Both the position numbers and the translations under genes were made by a program. Under the pieces are notes generated by a model. That model saw nothing but the letters and a program-made list of their open reading frames with translations. It was not told where the DNA came from and ran no database searches. DNA of 64,000 bases, taken from the IMG/VR virus record IMGVR_UViG_3300022752_000043; one strand, given 5' to 3'. Position 1 is the first letter of the stretch; each line of letters starts with the position of its first letter. Source of the stretch: a virus. Shown here piece after piece: positions 38,601 through 48,484 of the stretch.

Positions 38601-38750
38601 TTAATCTGCACTTTTCCATGTTCTTGAAAAAAATTCCAAATAGCTAATCTATTTTCATCTACCATTTCTTTACTGTAAGATCTGTAATAAATCGATTCAG
38701 ATATAAAAGATTCTAAATTAGAAGAAATATAGAGTCTTTTTTGTAATGGG

Positions 38751-39455
38751 TTAGTTATCTGTTCGTCCATTTGGTTTCCACCTATGCTCTATTATATCTT
38801 CTCCGTCTACAATATTGTGGAGCTTTGAAGCGATGTTATCGGCCAAATGTACGATCATTTCAGCATGAGAAGTCGGCATTGTTTCCGGTATCGGTGACCA
38901 AGGCCCAAGATGGCATCTTACTATTCTTAGAACTGATTGTATTGTGTCTTCATCAACATACAAAGTGGTAGAAGAACTTTCTGAAGTATATTTTTTATCC
39001 TCTTCTATACACCAATCTACAAAATTATCAACTGTATAAGGGTGAAATGGATCGTACGCGCATTGTTCAGAGGGCGAATGTTTTTTACCCTTTGTTACAT
39101 CATGTAGTAAAGCTGCTGCGTAAATCAAATCTCTTTCATGTACATCAAGAACGTAGGAATCAGATATTATTTTTGCTACCCTAACCACTCTTTTTGTATG
39201 AAGGACGTTCCCCCCAAATCCGTGCTCATCGATTGGGTGATATTTTCCAGAAAAGCTGGAAGGTATTTCCCAGAAGTCTTTTGCTTTTAATAAAACTGAT
39301 CGTACAAAACTTTTTAAATGAGTTGAAGAAATCAAATCTATTTCTTCAAGAAGACTGCTTAAAACTGCATTTTCTTCTTGGTTATTTTTAAAGTATACAT
39401 TTTTATCAAGAAGTTCATCTAAGATTGTTTTTTTCATTGCCGATCTCCACTCCAA
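38751..39455 (-). CDS. HD-domain phosphohydrolase
   Basis: GNVLHTKRVVRVAKII...IYAAALLHDVTKGKK. Confidence 0.75.
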   Translation of the reverse strand: MEWRSAMKKTILDELLDKNVYFKNNQEENAVLSSLLEEIDLISSTHLKSFVRSVLLKAKDFWEIPSSFSGKYHPIDEHGFGGNVLHTKRVVRVAKIISDSYVLDVHERDLIYAAALLHDVTKGKKHSPSEQCAYDPFHPYTVDNFVDWCIEEDKKYTSESSSTTLYVDEDTIQSVLRIVRCHLGPWSPIPETMPTSHAEMIVHLADNIASKLHNIVDGEDIIEHRWKPNGRTDN

Positions 39456-39658
39456 AATGGACCATGTTTTTCAATTAATTGATTATATTCTTTGTCAACT
39501 AGATAGTATATAAAATCAGATAGATCAAAAAATTCTTTAAATTCCGCCATTTGATTTATTTTTTTTGTTTGCTCTCTAGTAAACATTACACCAAGTCTAT
39601 AATCGTCATATTCTCTTGACATCTTTCCAGCCTTTCCACTTTGAACATGGTTTATCAA
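39434..39658 (-). CDS. Small hypothetical protein
   Basis: ORF track. Confidence 0.4.
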   Translation of the reverse strand: MINHVQSGKAGKMSREYDDYRLGVMFTREQTKKINQMAEFKEFFDLSDFIYYLVDKEYNQLIEKHGPFWSGDRQ

Positions 39659-40397
39659 ACGGACACTTTTTACAGTACCAGGTTAAACCCCTACGAGGAA
39701 CAAATGCTTCCTCGTTGACTATCTCTTCAGTCCAAAATTCTAAAGCCATTATATCTTCATCATCAATATCATATTCTTCAAATGCTATTTTGGGTTGAGC
39801 AAAGTCTATGTAGCCAAATTTAGTTTGTTTTATTTTATTTGGATTTTTAAATGAATAGACATGTCTCATCGCAGCAAAGTCTATTTCATACATATTTTGA
39901 TGACTATCTTTATAATTAAATAAAAACTTAATTACATAGTATTTATTATTCTTAGCTAAGATAACATCAAATACATATTTGATTTTAGCATTTCGTGTAA
40001 CCGGGACTATACACTCGTCGTTTATAGATATAGGTATAAAGTTTTCGTCACTAAAATTTTTATGGAATGACAACAATATAGAAGCTGCTTTTGTTGTTAG
40101 GCTAGCGTTGTTTCCATAGGCGCTCTCATGCTTTTCTGTGATTATGTCATAGTGAGAAACATCTTCAGAGAACCACAGTTTTTCCCATCTGTTTAACAAC
40201 GAAGAATATGATGGAGCGTAACCTCCTTGTTTTTTATAAAAGAAATAGTAAATAATATCTTTTATAGTGTTTTCAAATCTTTCAGCTATAAGATCTCTGC
40301 TTTGTATTTTTTCCAAAAGCTGATCTTCATGTCTGTATTTATATAAAAGAGCACATGTTTGAAAGTCTTTTAGACCTTTTGTAGTTATTAGTTTCAT
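39606..40397 (-). CDS. PD-(D/E)XK nuclease-like protein
   Basis: LKDFQTCALLYKYRHEDQL...KKCPFDKPCSKWKG. Confidence 0.5.
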   Translation of the reverse strand: MKLITTKGLKDFQTCALLYKYRHEDQLLEKIQSRDLIAERFENTIKDIIYYFFYKKQGGYAPSYSSLLNRWEKLWFSEDVSHYDIITEKHESAYGNNASLTTKAASILLSFHKNFSDENFIPISINDECIVPVTRNAKIKYVFDVILAKNNKYYVIKFLFNYKDSHQNMYEIDFAAMRHVYSFKNPNKIKQTKFGYIDFAQPKIAFEEYDIDDEDIMALEFWTEEIVNEEAFVPRRGLTWYCKKCPFDKPCSKWKGWKDVKRI

Positions 40398-41857
40398 TAT
40401 GAAAAGTCTCCATTGTTTAATAAGTCATCTAATATCGATGAGGCATCATACGATGCACTTGTAACCATTTCATATTCTTCATATGTTTTTTTAGAATCCA
40501 CGTATCTTACCAGGGGAGGTTCATAGGCAAAGGCTGAACCGGTGATTCTATTTTTGGGTATCTGCAGCTGCATTATGTTTTCATCTTCTGAGTCATCGCC
40601 ACTGATTAGCTTTTTCTCAGTAATAAATATTGTAATTGCACACTTTTGCTGAATTGCAAGTGATCCACCGGTATCCGACTGAAGTACTACTTCTCTTCTT
40701 TCTTTCATTCTATTGGAATTTTCTTGTGCAGTTATGATTAGTACACAGTTCATGTCTCTGGCTATTTTTTCTAAACGGACCATCATTTCTTCAAACTCAC
40801 CCCATCTAGCTTTACCCTTTGATCGAGTAAACATTGACTGTATGGTGTCGATAACTATGACGTCAGGAATATCTTGATTTTGTAATAAAATTTCCCTTAA
40901 CCATTTTTCTAAATCTTCAAAATATGGAGTATCTGGATCATGCTTGACCATGAGCCTTTCGCCCCATTGTGTCAATTTATTAATAAATGTATTCATATAC
41001 TTTTTCTTATCTTCGTCATTCCAAGTAGCCACTTCGGCATAAACGTTTCTGCCAATTATTTGTGTCATCAATATTCTTTCCCAGTGGCTTTTGGCTTCCT
41101 CAAAGTTAACATACAAAGCTCTGTATCCATTGTCCAACCAATTATTAACCAGACATTTAGCAAATGTGCTTTTTCCTTTTCCCGATGCAGCTATTATTGC
41201 ATGCACTGATCCCCTATAGAAGCCCCCATCATTTGTGTATCCCATAGCCCTATTCAGCGATTTATATTGAGTTGGCAAAAAGTCTGGAGTATCTAAAAGA
41301 GAATCTATTTTTTCTATTATTTCTTTTGCAGTTACAACTCCATCGTAGGGATTGTAATTAATTTGGTTTTCAAGAGTAGTTATCTCAATAGCCAAAGATG
41401 TCATCTTTGATAAGTCTTCTTCTGACTTTAAACCCTTTTGACTTAAAATAAACTCCAGCTCTTTTAATAAATTTCTTTGTTTAATCTTGTTGTACTTGTG
41501 TTTTATGACCTTTGTTACAGCTTCGGGTGTAGAAAGATCCATACTACCCAAAACACCCATTATCATATCAACGCCATGTTGACCATTTAGAGCTTCGTAT
41601 AAGTCACTTTCGGTGTGCATCCATGTCTTAAATGCAACAGGATCTACAATTTCTAATTCTGTAGATGTCGAATAGGCAACAAGGGCTTTATAAAACTCGT
41701 TGATTCCATTTTGCCCCTCCAACAAACCAACCATCTCTGGCTGCAGGTTATCTTTAAAGAAAGATATTGCGCCATTTTGCCTAAAAGAAAGAGCAAAAAT
41801 TTGATATTCAATAGGATAAATATCCGTAGTGATGGGTGCTACCGAACTATCTGTCAT
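40397..41857 (-). CDS. DnaB-like replicative helicase
   Basis: GSVHAIIAASGKGKSTFAKCLVNNWLDNGYRALYVNFEE...VIVIDTIQSMF...VLIITAQEN. Confidence 0.8.
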   Translation of the reverse strand: MTDSSVAPITTDIYPIEYQIFALSFRQNGAISFFKDNLQPEMVGLLEGQNGINEFYKALVAYSTSTELEIVDPVAFKTWMHTESDLYEALNGQHGVDMIMGVLGSMDLSTPEAVTKVIKHKYNKIKQRNLLKELEFILSQKGLKSEEDLSKMTSLAIEITTLENQINYNPYDGVVTAKEIIEKIDSLLDTPDFLPTQYKSLNRAMGYTNDGGFYRGSVHAIIAASGKGKSTFAKCLVNNWLDNGYRALYVNFEEAKSHWERILMTQIIGRNVYAEVATWNDEDKKKYMNTFINKLTQWGERLMVKHDPDTPYFEDLEKWLREILLQNQDIPDVIVIDTIQSMFTRSKGKARWGEFEEMMVRLEKIARDMNCVLIITAQENSNRMKERREVVLQSDTGGSLAIQQKCAITIFITEKKLISGDDSEDENIMQLQIPKNRITGSAFAYEPPLVRYVDSKKTYEEYEMVTSASYDASSILDDLLNNGDFS

Positions 41858-42513
41858 GGTATTTTTTCCTATTTTTCATCTTTCTATACAAATCTTTTTT
41901 TCTTTTATTGTACTTCTTTTTTTGTTCCTGATAATACTTATTGGTTTTTACACTTTTTTTGGATGATTTATTTTTTATTGGCTTTGCAGAACGAATTGCC
42001 TGTAGCATTCTATCATAGACTGCTTGCTCCGTAAGCAGATCATTATATCTGAAAACTATTAAAACTATTCCAAGTTCTTCACATTTTTGTAGTTTTTTCT
42101 TGTCTCTTTCTACAGCTTGCTCAAAATCGTACTTTGATTCAAAAAATCTTTGAGTATAGTAAAAGTGCTGTCGTCCGATGAAATTCAGCTGCCACTTTGA
42201 AAGATGGACAATAGACATCTAATTTTAGCTTTTCACCTATATGAAATTCATTAACAACCTTTTGACCAGGAAGAAGCTTTTTCATTACATGGGTTAAAGC
42301 GGCTTGGCCCCTAGAAGATTTTTTCTTTTGTTCTTTGATCCAATTTAAACCAAGAGCAGATATTCTTTTATTTAAATCTTTATAAGATATATCTATTTCT
42401 TTTGCTATTTCCGATAGTGTTAATTCTGAATCAAATAATAAATCTATTAAAAATAGATCATCTTCTTTATCAGTTTTTATATGTTTTTTTTCCATTAAAC
42501 TTTGTCCTATCAA
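41847..42513 (-). CDS. Endonuclease-like protein (Vsr-like core), requires CGGA at 42177-42174
   Basis: LKLDVYCPSFKVAAEFH[G]RQHFYYTQRFFESKYDFEQAVERDKKKLQKCEELGIVLIVFRYNDL. Confidence 0.9.
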
Positions 42514-43165
42514 CTGATTTTGTTTTAGAAAAACTAATAACTTTTCCTAAATCTAAAATGGATAAGTTGAAGTTTTCCCAAATTCTATGCGCTAAACCGG
42601 CAGAGAGGACAGGACAGTCTAATATTACTGTATCGCTTACTTCTTTAACTTTATCGAGAGACTCACAGATATCATCAAGTTTGTCATAAAAGTTATTATA
42701 AGGCACATGAATATGTGCAGCGGGCAAGCCAAGCACGCGCGATACATGCTTTTTCTCGTTAAAAGAAACAATAATATATGGTGCTTTTTCTATATAAAAT
42801 TCCACGAATGATTTAAATATCATTTCATTCGTATGAAAATAGTTTTCTAAAGTTGAAGAATTAAAATAAATAGACTCATTACTAAAAATTGATAAATCCA
42901 ACTCATCATCTTTTTCTGCAGAGAAAACAAACGATGACGGTACTGCTTTCATATAACTTGAATCATCAATAGAAAAAGATTTTTTAATATCTTCTATAAA
43001 TGCTGGAGGAACACCCTTGCCGTCATTGGAGCTTAGCGCAAGTAAAACAGTTTTTGGAAAAGAAACAAATGCGTATTTATTTTTCCCAAGCATTTTTTTA
43101 GTAAGCGTCTGAATCGTTTGTGTTTGTGAAGTTATTTTGATTTTGTTTTTCATTTTATACTCCAA
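42470..43165 (-). CDS. Hypothetical protein
   Basis: ORF track. Confidence 0.5.
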   Translation of the reverse strand: MEYKMKNKIKITSQTQTIQTLTKKMLGKNKYAFVSFPKTVLLALSSNDGKGVPPAFIEDIKKSFSIDDSSYMKAVPSSFVFSAEKDDELDLSIFSNESIYFNSSTLENYFHTNEMIFKSFVEFYIEKAPYIIVSFNEKKHVSRVLGLPAAHIHVPYNNFYDKLDDICESLDKVKEVSDTVILDCPVLSAGLAHRIWENFNLSILDLGKVISFSKTKSVDRTKFNGKKTYKN

Positions 43166-43865
43166 AGTTTCCCCATGTTATTAGTGTTGGACTGACATCA
43201 ATTATTGATTCTATGTGTTTAATATTATGGAATTCTCCTCTATCTATTGTTGAATATCTGTCATATTTTGATTGCTTGTCTTCGTCTTTTTGATAGCCCA
43301 TATGCTTCATGATAAGTCCAGAATTAAGCCAATAGTTTCTTTGGCTTATCCAGTCTCTCACATAAGATGGTTCAGATCCACACGCTAATTTACGATTTAA
43401 AAATCCACCATTTTCTTTAAATCTAAAAATTCTAGAACTATTGTTTGGTGCCCATAGCTTGTCTTGCCTATATTGTCCTTCATTCCACATATGGTAAAAT
43501 TTAACATTAACTACGTCAAATTCGGATTTATCCAAGACCTCTCTAATGTTAAGAGAATCTAAGTCCTCTTTTTTATAGAGCATTTCGTCGCAATCAATCG
43601 CAACAATCCAATCTCCGACTTTAGCAAATTCAGAAAGATTGCCCCAAGCAAACGCACGAAGTTGTCCTTCGTGTTTTGTAAACAGCGGTTCTGGGGTTTG
43701 GAATGTTGAACAATATTGTTTAGCTATTGACAAAGTGTTGTCATCAGAACAATCATCTGTGAATATTATATGATCTACTTGCTGAGAAAGTCTCTCAAGA
43801 ACTTCTTTAAGATATCTACTTTCTTCATTCCTGCCAACCATCTGGGCATATATTTTATAATTCAT
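43155..43865 (-). CDS. Family 2 glycosyltransferase
   Basis: LSQQVDHIIFTDDCSDDNTLSIAKQYC...GDWIVAIDCDEML. Confidence 0.75.
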   Translation of the reverse strand: MNYKIYAQMVGRNEESRYLKEVLERLSQQVDHIIFTDDCSDDNTLSIAKQYCSTFQTPEPLFTKHEGQLRAFAWGNLSEFAKVGDWIVAIDCDEMLYKKEDLDSLNIREVLDKSEFDVVNVKFYHMWNEGQYRQDKLWAPNNSSRIFRFKENGGFLNRKLACGSEPSYVRDWISQRNYWLNSGLIMKHMGYQKDEDKQSKYDRYSTIDRGEFHNIKHIESIIDVSPTLITWGNFGV

Positions 43866-43888
43866 AAATTTTCCTTACACTAGGAAGT

Positions 43889-43924
43889 GGGGGAAGCGCC
43901 GATCACACCAACGACGCTTCCCCC
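43889..43924. terminator. Strong hairpin GGGGGAAGCG...CGCTTCCCCC
   Basis: 10-bp perfect inverted repeat. Confidence 0.65.
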
Positions 43925-43937
43925 AAACTGTTAACTA

Positions 43938-44162
43938 CTAAATTTCGAGCATTTCCCTAACGCTGACAGCAGAGACGCGCTCTACATCAGTGTTAGTGGA
44001 AAGAATTTCACCCTTGACATTCTTGCGGCCAAGAGCAACCTTCTCTGCATCTGACTTATTCTTTGCCTTAACAAGGAATGAAGTCGTAACCTCAAAGTAG
44101 TTGAACTTATTATCTGACATATTTTTTCCTTTATGAGTGTAGTGGTTAATTACGAGAACCAA
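43938..44162 (-). CDS. Small hypothetical protein
   Basis: ORF track. Confidence 0.5.
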   Translation of the reverse strand: MVLVINHYTHKGKNMSDNKFNYFEVTTSFLVKAKNKSDAEKVALGRKNVKGEILSTNTDVERVSAVSVREMLEI

Positions 44163-44268
44163 TTATACATAAGCATGAGAAAAAAATCAACTTGTGCCAC
44201 AAAAAAAGATATCCCCCCCAGCAATATCTACTGGAGGGGATACCCTAGCGCCGGTTTCCGTACTTTCT

Positions 44269-44278
44269 ATTATAGCAG
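44269..44278 (-). promoter_or_regulatory. Candidate promoter core CTGCTATAAT
   Basis: Same motif as 21740 and 51417. Confidence 0.45.
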
Positions 44279-44291
44279 ATTTCCGTACTAC

Positions 44292-44777
44292 CTACACAAC
44301 TATTTCTTTTTGTACTGGCCAATAATATGGAGTTATTTCATTAGGTTTTTTGTTTTGAGCTTTTGCCGTAGACATAGCTTCTTTTACTTCATTAATCAAA
44401 ACAAGATCTTCTTTAAAGAAAGGGAAATAATATTCCCAATCCTTTTTTAACAAATTTGCCCTATGGGATCTATGAAGACTTTCATTTCCAAACCAAGATG
44501 GAAGTTGCGCCTCTATTAAAATGTTTTCAAACTGCATTGTGTTTTTGTATCCTCTTTTTATCCATTCTCGAATGGTGTAATTTTGATAAACTTGCAGAGC
44601 AGCTTCGTAGCCTTTCCACATAAGGGTGACTGGATGGTTTCTCCAGCCTTTTGTTTCTGTTCTGTCTAATAAAATATTTAATACTTGAAACGTTTCGACT
44701 CTCTGTTTACCGAGTCTTTTCGAGTCAAGTATTTGGACAGATTTTTCAAAATCTGGATATGGCAGAAAGGTCTGCAT
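44292..44777 (-). CDS. MSMEG_6728-like / pyrimidine-dimer-glycosylase-like protein
   Basis: MQTFLPYPDFEKSVQILDSKRLGKQRVETFQVLNIL...GWRNHPVTLMWKGYE. Confidence 0.7.
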   Translation of the reverse strand: MQTFLPYPDFEKSVQILDSKRLGKQRVETFQVLNILLDRTETKGWRNHPVTLMWKGYEAALQVYQNYTIREWIKRGYKNTMQFENILIEAQLPSWFGNESLHRSHRANLLKKDWEYYFPFFKEDLVLINEVKEAMSTAKAQNKKPNEITPYYWPVQKEIVV

Positions 44778-45178
44778 TAACTTTCTTTCTTAAACTCTGT
44801 CCAAGTTTTATCGCCTACACCATAGTATTCCCTTGCAAGCCCGGCAGCAACAATGTCTGTATTGAGACAGTTGCCACTTGAGTCCCAAACTTTTGCCAAA
44901 ACTCGACCATACTTTTCATTTTTATCTATTACAGTTTCAATCTTGACTTTGTGATTTGCTCGAGTAAGCCACTGGTCAGTAAACTCCTTTGCCGCTAGGC
45001 CCTTCTGCTTTTCTTCTACATTAGAAGTACGACTTTCGGGAGTGTTAACTCCATAGAGGCGAACTCTACCCTTCTTCAGTGTATCAAAACCAAGGTCAAT
45101 AATAATATCAAAAGTATCACCATCTACTACTTTTTTTACTTCTGCGTTATAGATCCAGGGATTTAGTTTGTCTGACAT
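44777..45178 (-). CDS. Thermonuclease (SNase) family protein
   Basis: VKKVVDGDTFDIIIDLG...VRLYGVNTPES...VLAKVWDSSG..LNTDIVAAGLAREY. Confidence 0.85.
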   Translation of the reverse strand: MSDKLNPWIYNAEVKKVVDGDTFDIIIDLGFDTLKKGRVRLYGVNTPESRTSNVEEKQKGLAAKEFTDQWLTRANHKVKIETVIDKNEKYGRVLAKVWDSSGNCLNTDIVAAGLAREYYGVGDKTWTEFKKES

Positions 45179-45186
45179 ATTTTCTC

Positions 45187-45612
45187 CTATTGTTTTATAT
45201 TTTTAGAATGCGAAACTGCTATAAACTTATAGTTATTTTTTACAGTTTTTGAACCGTGTAAAACAGTATTATCTATAATGATTATATCACCGTTTTTAGG
45301 CTTTATGACAACTTCTTCATCTCTTTGATTTATCATATAAAATTCCCCGCCATCATAATTATCATTTAGATAAAAAATAAAAGAAACAAATTTTTCTACT
45401 GAAACATTGTTTACTTGATAGATGTCTTTATGAAGATTAAGCTTTTCATTTTTTGGATACTTAAAAACATGGCTAGGATTAATTCTATCAATTTTTATTG
45501 AACTAGAATACGAATTAACAATGTTTACTAACTTTTGATCTCTATTATCTCTGCTAAGAATATCAGAAAATTTTTCCTGCCAAATACCTATTTCTTTTTC
45601 ATCAAGATGCAT
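45187..45612 (-). CDS. 2OG-Fe(II) oxygenase
   Basis: LNLHKDIYQVNNVSVEKFVSFIFYLNDNYDGGEFYMI...TVLHGSKTVKNNYKFIAVS. Confidence 0.7.
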   Translation of the reverse strand: MHLDEKEIGIWQEKFSDILSRDNRDQKLVNIVNSYSSSIKIDRINPSHVFKYPKNEKLNLHKDIYQVNNVSVEKFVSFIFYLNDNYDGGEFYMINQRDEEVVIKPKNGDIIIIDNTVLHGSKTVKNNYKFIAVSHSKNIKQ

Positions 45613-45719
45613 ATGATATCCGCTGACCTTTATCGTGCCAGCTAAAAAAATCGTATACTATTTCAAGAAACTTCCATTGATCTTCTTTGTCAAAAAACTG
45701 CTTGAGATGCAAAAACACA

Positions 45720-46523
45720 TTAATCTCTTTCTATGCCCATGTAATCACATGCATTGCGGAATATTGATTGGCTTACCTTAAACTGAGCGTCAGCATGGCT
45801 GTAGCCCTCTCCGGGCTTTGGCGAAGACGCATGCCAGCTGTGACCTATGGAAACGGATCCATCGTAAACAACATTGTACCCAAGATGACGAGCAAAATAG
45901 GAACACCAGGTCTCTTCATAGTAGTGTGGAGTTGGTAAAAATGCGCCAACAGCATCTGGATACAGTTCTCTGTACTTGGAATTATTTGTCAAGTTATCCC
46001 AAACAGACCTTCTGATAAAGTACGCAGAACCAGAGATTGTTACACAATTAATTCTATCTCTATACAAAACGTCACTTGGATCTGGCTCCATCCAACCCCT
46101 ATGGGCTGGTTTTGTATTTGTACCCACAATCCCCGCATGTCTAATTAGACCATACTCATCTCTTTGTTTTGGCCCAAGTATATGTATATCTTTTTCTTGA
46201 TTAAAAATTTTACAGATATTTGTTATGTCTTTGTTTGTAAACCACACGTCTGCATTTAGAAGAGCAATAACGCTATTGGAACCTCTTAATGCTAACTTGT
46301 TACACGCTGCAGAATAGCCTATATTTTTATTCAAAGATATTCTATCTATGCAGTATTTGTCATCATTTGATCTAAGCCAATTAATAGTATCATCACTTGA
46401 ATCATTGTCTGCAATATATAGATTCCAGTTTTTTTCGTTGGAATTTAACCCTTCATGCAGAGAATCAAGTAGTCTTTCCAGAAGGGGTCTAGTATTGTAG
46501 TTAACAATACAAAGATCAATCAT
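45720..46523 (-). CDS. Family 2 glycosyltransferase
   Basis: DLCIVNYNTRPLLERLLDSLHEG...LYIADNNSSDDTINWLR. Confidence 0.85.
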   Translation of the reverse strand: MIDLCIVNYNTRPLLERLLDSLHEGLNSNEKNWNLYIADNDSSDDTINWLRSNDDKYCIDRISLNKNIGYSAACNKLALRGSNSVIALLNADVWFTNKDITNICKIFNQEKDIHILGPKQRDEYGLIRHAGIVGTNTKPAHRGWMEPDPSDVLYRDRINCVTISGSAYFIRRSVWDNLTNNSKYRELYPDAVGAFLPTPHYYEETWCSYFARHLGYNVVYDGSVSIGHSWHASSPKPGEGYSHADAQFKVSQSIFRNACDYMGIERD

Positions 46524-46809
46524 TTTCGAACCTATTTTCTATTACGCTTTTAAATGCGTTATCTTCGTTCATGCCAAAGTCGATATATTTTTTATACTTA
46601 GCGTAGGCTTCTTCTACATTCTTTGAATCAAAGAATTCTATAAAAGAATTATATGGTTTATAATTTTGCTCTTTTGAAAAAAAATCATAACCAATAGTGT
46701 GGCTTAACAGTGTAGGTTTTAATTGCGCTTTATTTCTTTTCCAAAAAATATAAAAAGATATCCCCAGCAGCGCTGCTGTTGAAAAGTATTTAATTCCAGT
46801 AGTCTTCAT
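46516..46809 (-). CDS. Small membrane-anchored hypothetical protein
   Basis: N-terminal hydrophobic segment. Confidence 0.4.
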   Translation of the reverse strand: MKTTGIKYFSTAALLGISFYIFWKRNKAQLKPTLLSHTIGYDFFSKEQNYKPYNSFIEFFDSKNVEEAYAKYKKYIDFGMNEDNAFKSVIENRFEND

Positions 46810-47035
46810 CGTCTAATCCACCATCTGTTGCAACATAGACGTTTTCTATCGCGGCGTTTACAGCGTTAACTATTCGCATAAACATAGCTTTCTCTTCTGG
46901 AGAAACTTGGCCCCCTAAAAGGGTAGCATATGTTTTTTGAACATGGAGAAGAATTTGGAGATCTTCTATCAAAAATGTTTGACCGGATTCTAGTTTTATG
47001 TTAACTTTCTTTTTTTTATTGGTTTTCTTACTCAC
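46790..47035 (-). CDS. Hypothetical protein
   Basis: ORF track. Confidence 0.4.
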   Translation of the reverse strand: MSKKTNKKKKVNIKLESGQTFLIEDLQILLHVQKTYATLLGGQVSPEEKAMFMRIVNAVNAAIENVYVATDGGLDDEDYWN

Positions 47036-47279
47036 TGCTCTTTGCTTTCTTTTTTGTTTTTTTTACTTCCGTGTCTTCTTCCGGCAAATCATCTGCGGAT
47101 GTTACATACGCACATAAGCTATCGGTATCTGGTTCAAAGGTAACAAACAAAATTCTTTTGTCTTTTTCCGAATAACCATCCGGTGGCGGTGATTCAATTG
47201 CTATTTTCTTAGATGAACACCCATAGACCTGGCTATGATTTTTGTATACAACAATGTAATTTAATTTTGACGCTGGCAT
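47028..47279 (-). CDS. Hypothetical protein
   Basis: ORF track. Confidence 0.4.
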   Translation of the reverse strand: MPASKLNYIVVYKNHSQVYGCSSKKIAIESPPPDGYSEKDKRILFVTFEPDTDSLCAYVTSADDLPEEDTEVKKTKKKAKSSE

Positions 47280-47454
47280 ATGCTTATAATACTATCACAA
47301 TTCCAGTAAGAATACTTAGCAGCACCGCAATTAAAATTGCCGTTAGTCGTTGAGACGAATCATTAGATTTAACTGCTGAAAAATGCATTCCTATTGTCCA
47401 ATTAATAAATAAAACAAAAAGAACAATTTTTATAATATTGGTAAACATATTGAT

Positions 47455-48150
47455 TTATCCAACTAGCCTACCAATAGTTATTGGAAATTTTTCTTTAGAC
47501 AACGCGTATACCGCTTTAGCATACTCTTGAATTTCCACTTGTGAATCTTCTGCTAATCTTTGAGTTAAAAATAAGCACACCGACTGTAGACTACAGGACC
47601 ACCTGTATACAACATGCATTCCATACGCAGGGAGAAACAGTCTGGCCTGCTCTGGCGCAACACCCTGCTCTAAAGCCATGTTGTAAAGAGCCTCGCCTTG
47701 TTTTATGAGTTTTTTTAATTCGTCCGTAAGGAGTGCGCCATGCCATGGGCCTATTGGGCCACCAGATCCCTGTTTTTTATCTTCCGGCGCCATTCTCCAT
47801 TGATCCGATTCAGGTACATAAAATTCTGGATCCATAGTCACATATCTTCTAGACGACTCATTCCAGGAATCCATAGTGTGATCAGAACCTACTACATACT
47901 TCCAATGCTGTCTAGCAACCATTAGGGGTGCTTTAATTTCAAAAGTCATAAAAGCGTGTCTAAATGGGGACATATGATTTTCTCTAATCAAAAAATCTAT
48001 TAGTCTAGCGTCCTTGGGGGATAATTCTTTTGACTCTTTTGCAAAAGACGCTCGAGCTGCGTTGACGACAGAGAGATCATCTCCCATAGAGTCGACAAGT
48101 CTTACGTAACCATTGCCCAAGACTTCAACTATATTAGTGTCATTCTCCAT
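47455..48150 (-). CDS. thyX: Flavin-dependent thymidylate synthase
   Basis: FLIRENHMSPFRHAFMTFEIKAPLMVARQHWK...SWNESSRRYV. Confidence 0.85.
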   Translation of the reverse strand: MENDTNIVEVLGNGYVRLVDSMGDDLSVVNAARASFAKESKELSPKDARLIDFLIRENHMSPFRHAFMTFEIKAPLMVARQHWKYVVGSDHTMDSWNESSRRYVTMDPEFYVPESDQWRMAPEDKKQGSGGPIGPWHGALLTDELKKLIKQGEALYNMALEQGVAPEQARLFLPAYGMHVVYRWSCSLQSVCLFLTQRLAEDSQVEIQEYAKAVYALSKEKFPITIGRLVG

Positions 48151-48431
48151 TAGTCTTCCTCTGGTAAAAATATAGGATCATCATCCATTAAGTCTAGCAT
48201 ATATGTATTAAAATCGCTAGATTTTTTGTATAAAGATCTTAATAAATTATTTATATCAGAAGGAATTTCATAATCTTCGTTTTTAAAATCAAATAAATTT
48301 TTGATAATGATATTTATCTCTTGAACTGAGCTGATTAATTCCGTGTTTAATTCAGTACAAAACTCTATATAACGTTCTGTTTTGATCTTTTGTAAATGTT
48401 CTGAATTATTTATATCAAAATTCAACATCAT
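48150..48431 (-). CDS. Hypothetical protein
   Basis: ORF track. Confidence 0.4.
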   Translation of the reverse strand: MMLNFDINNSEHLQKIKTERYIEFCTELNTELISSVQEINIIIKNLFDFKNEDYEIPSDINNLLRSLYKKSSDFNTYMLDLMDDDPIFLPEED

Positions 48432-48484
48432 CTCTTTAAAGATTTTATTTATATTTTCTTGATTTTCTCCGAAAATTATTCATA

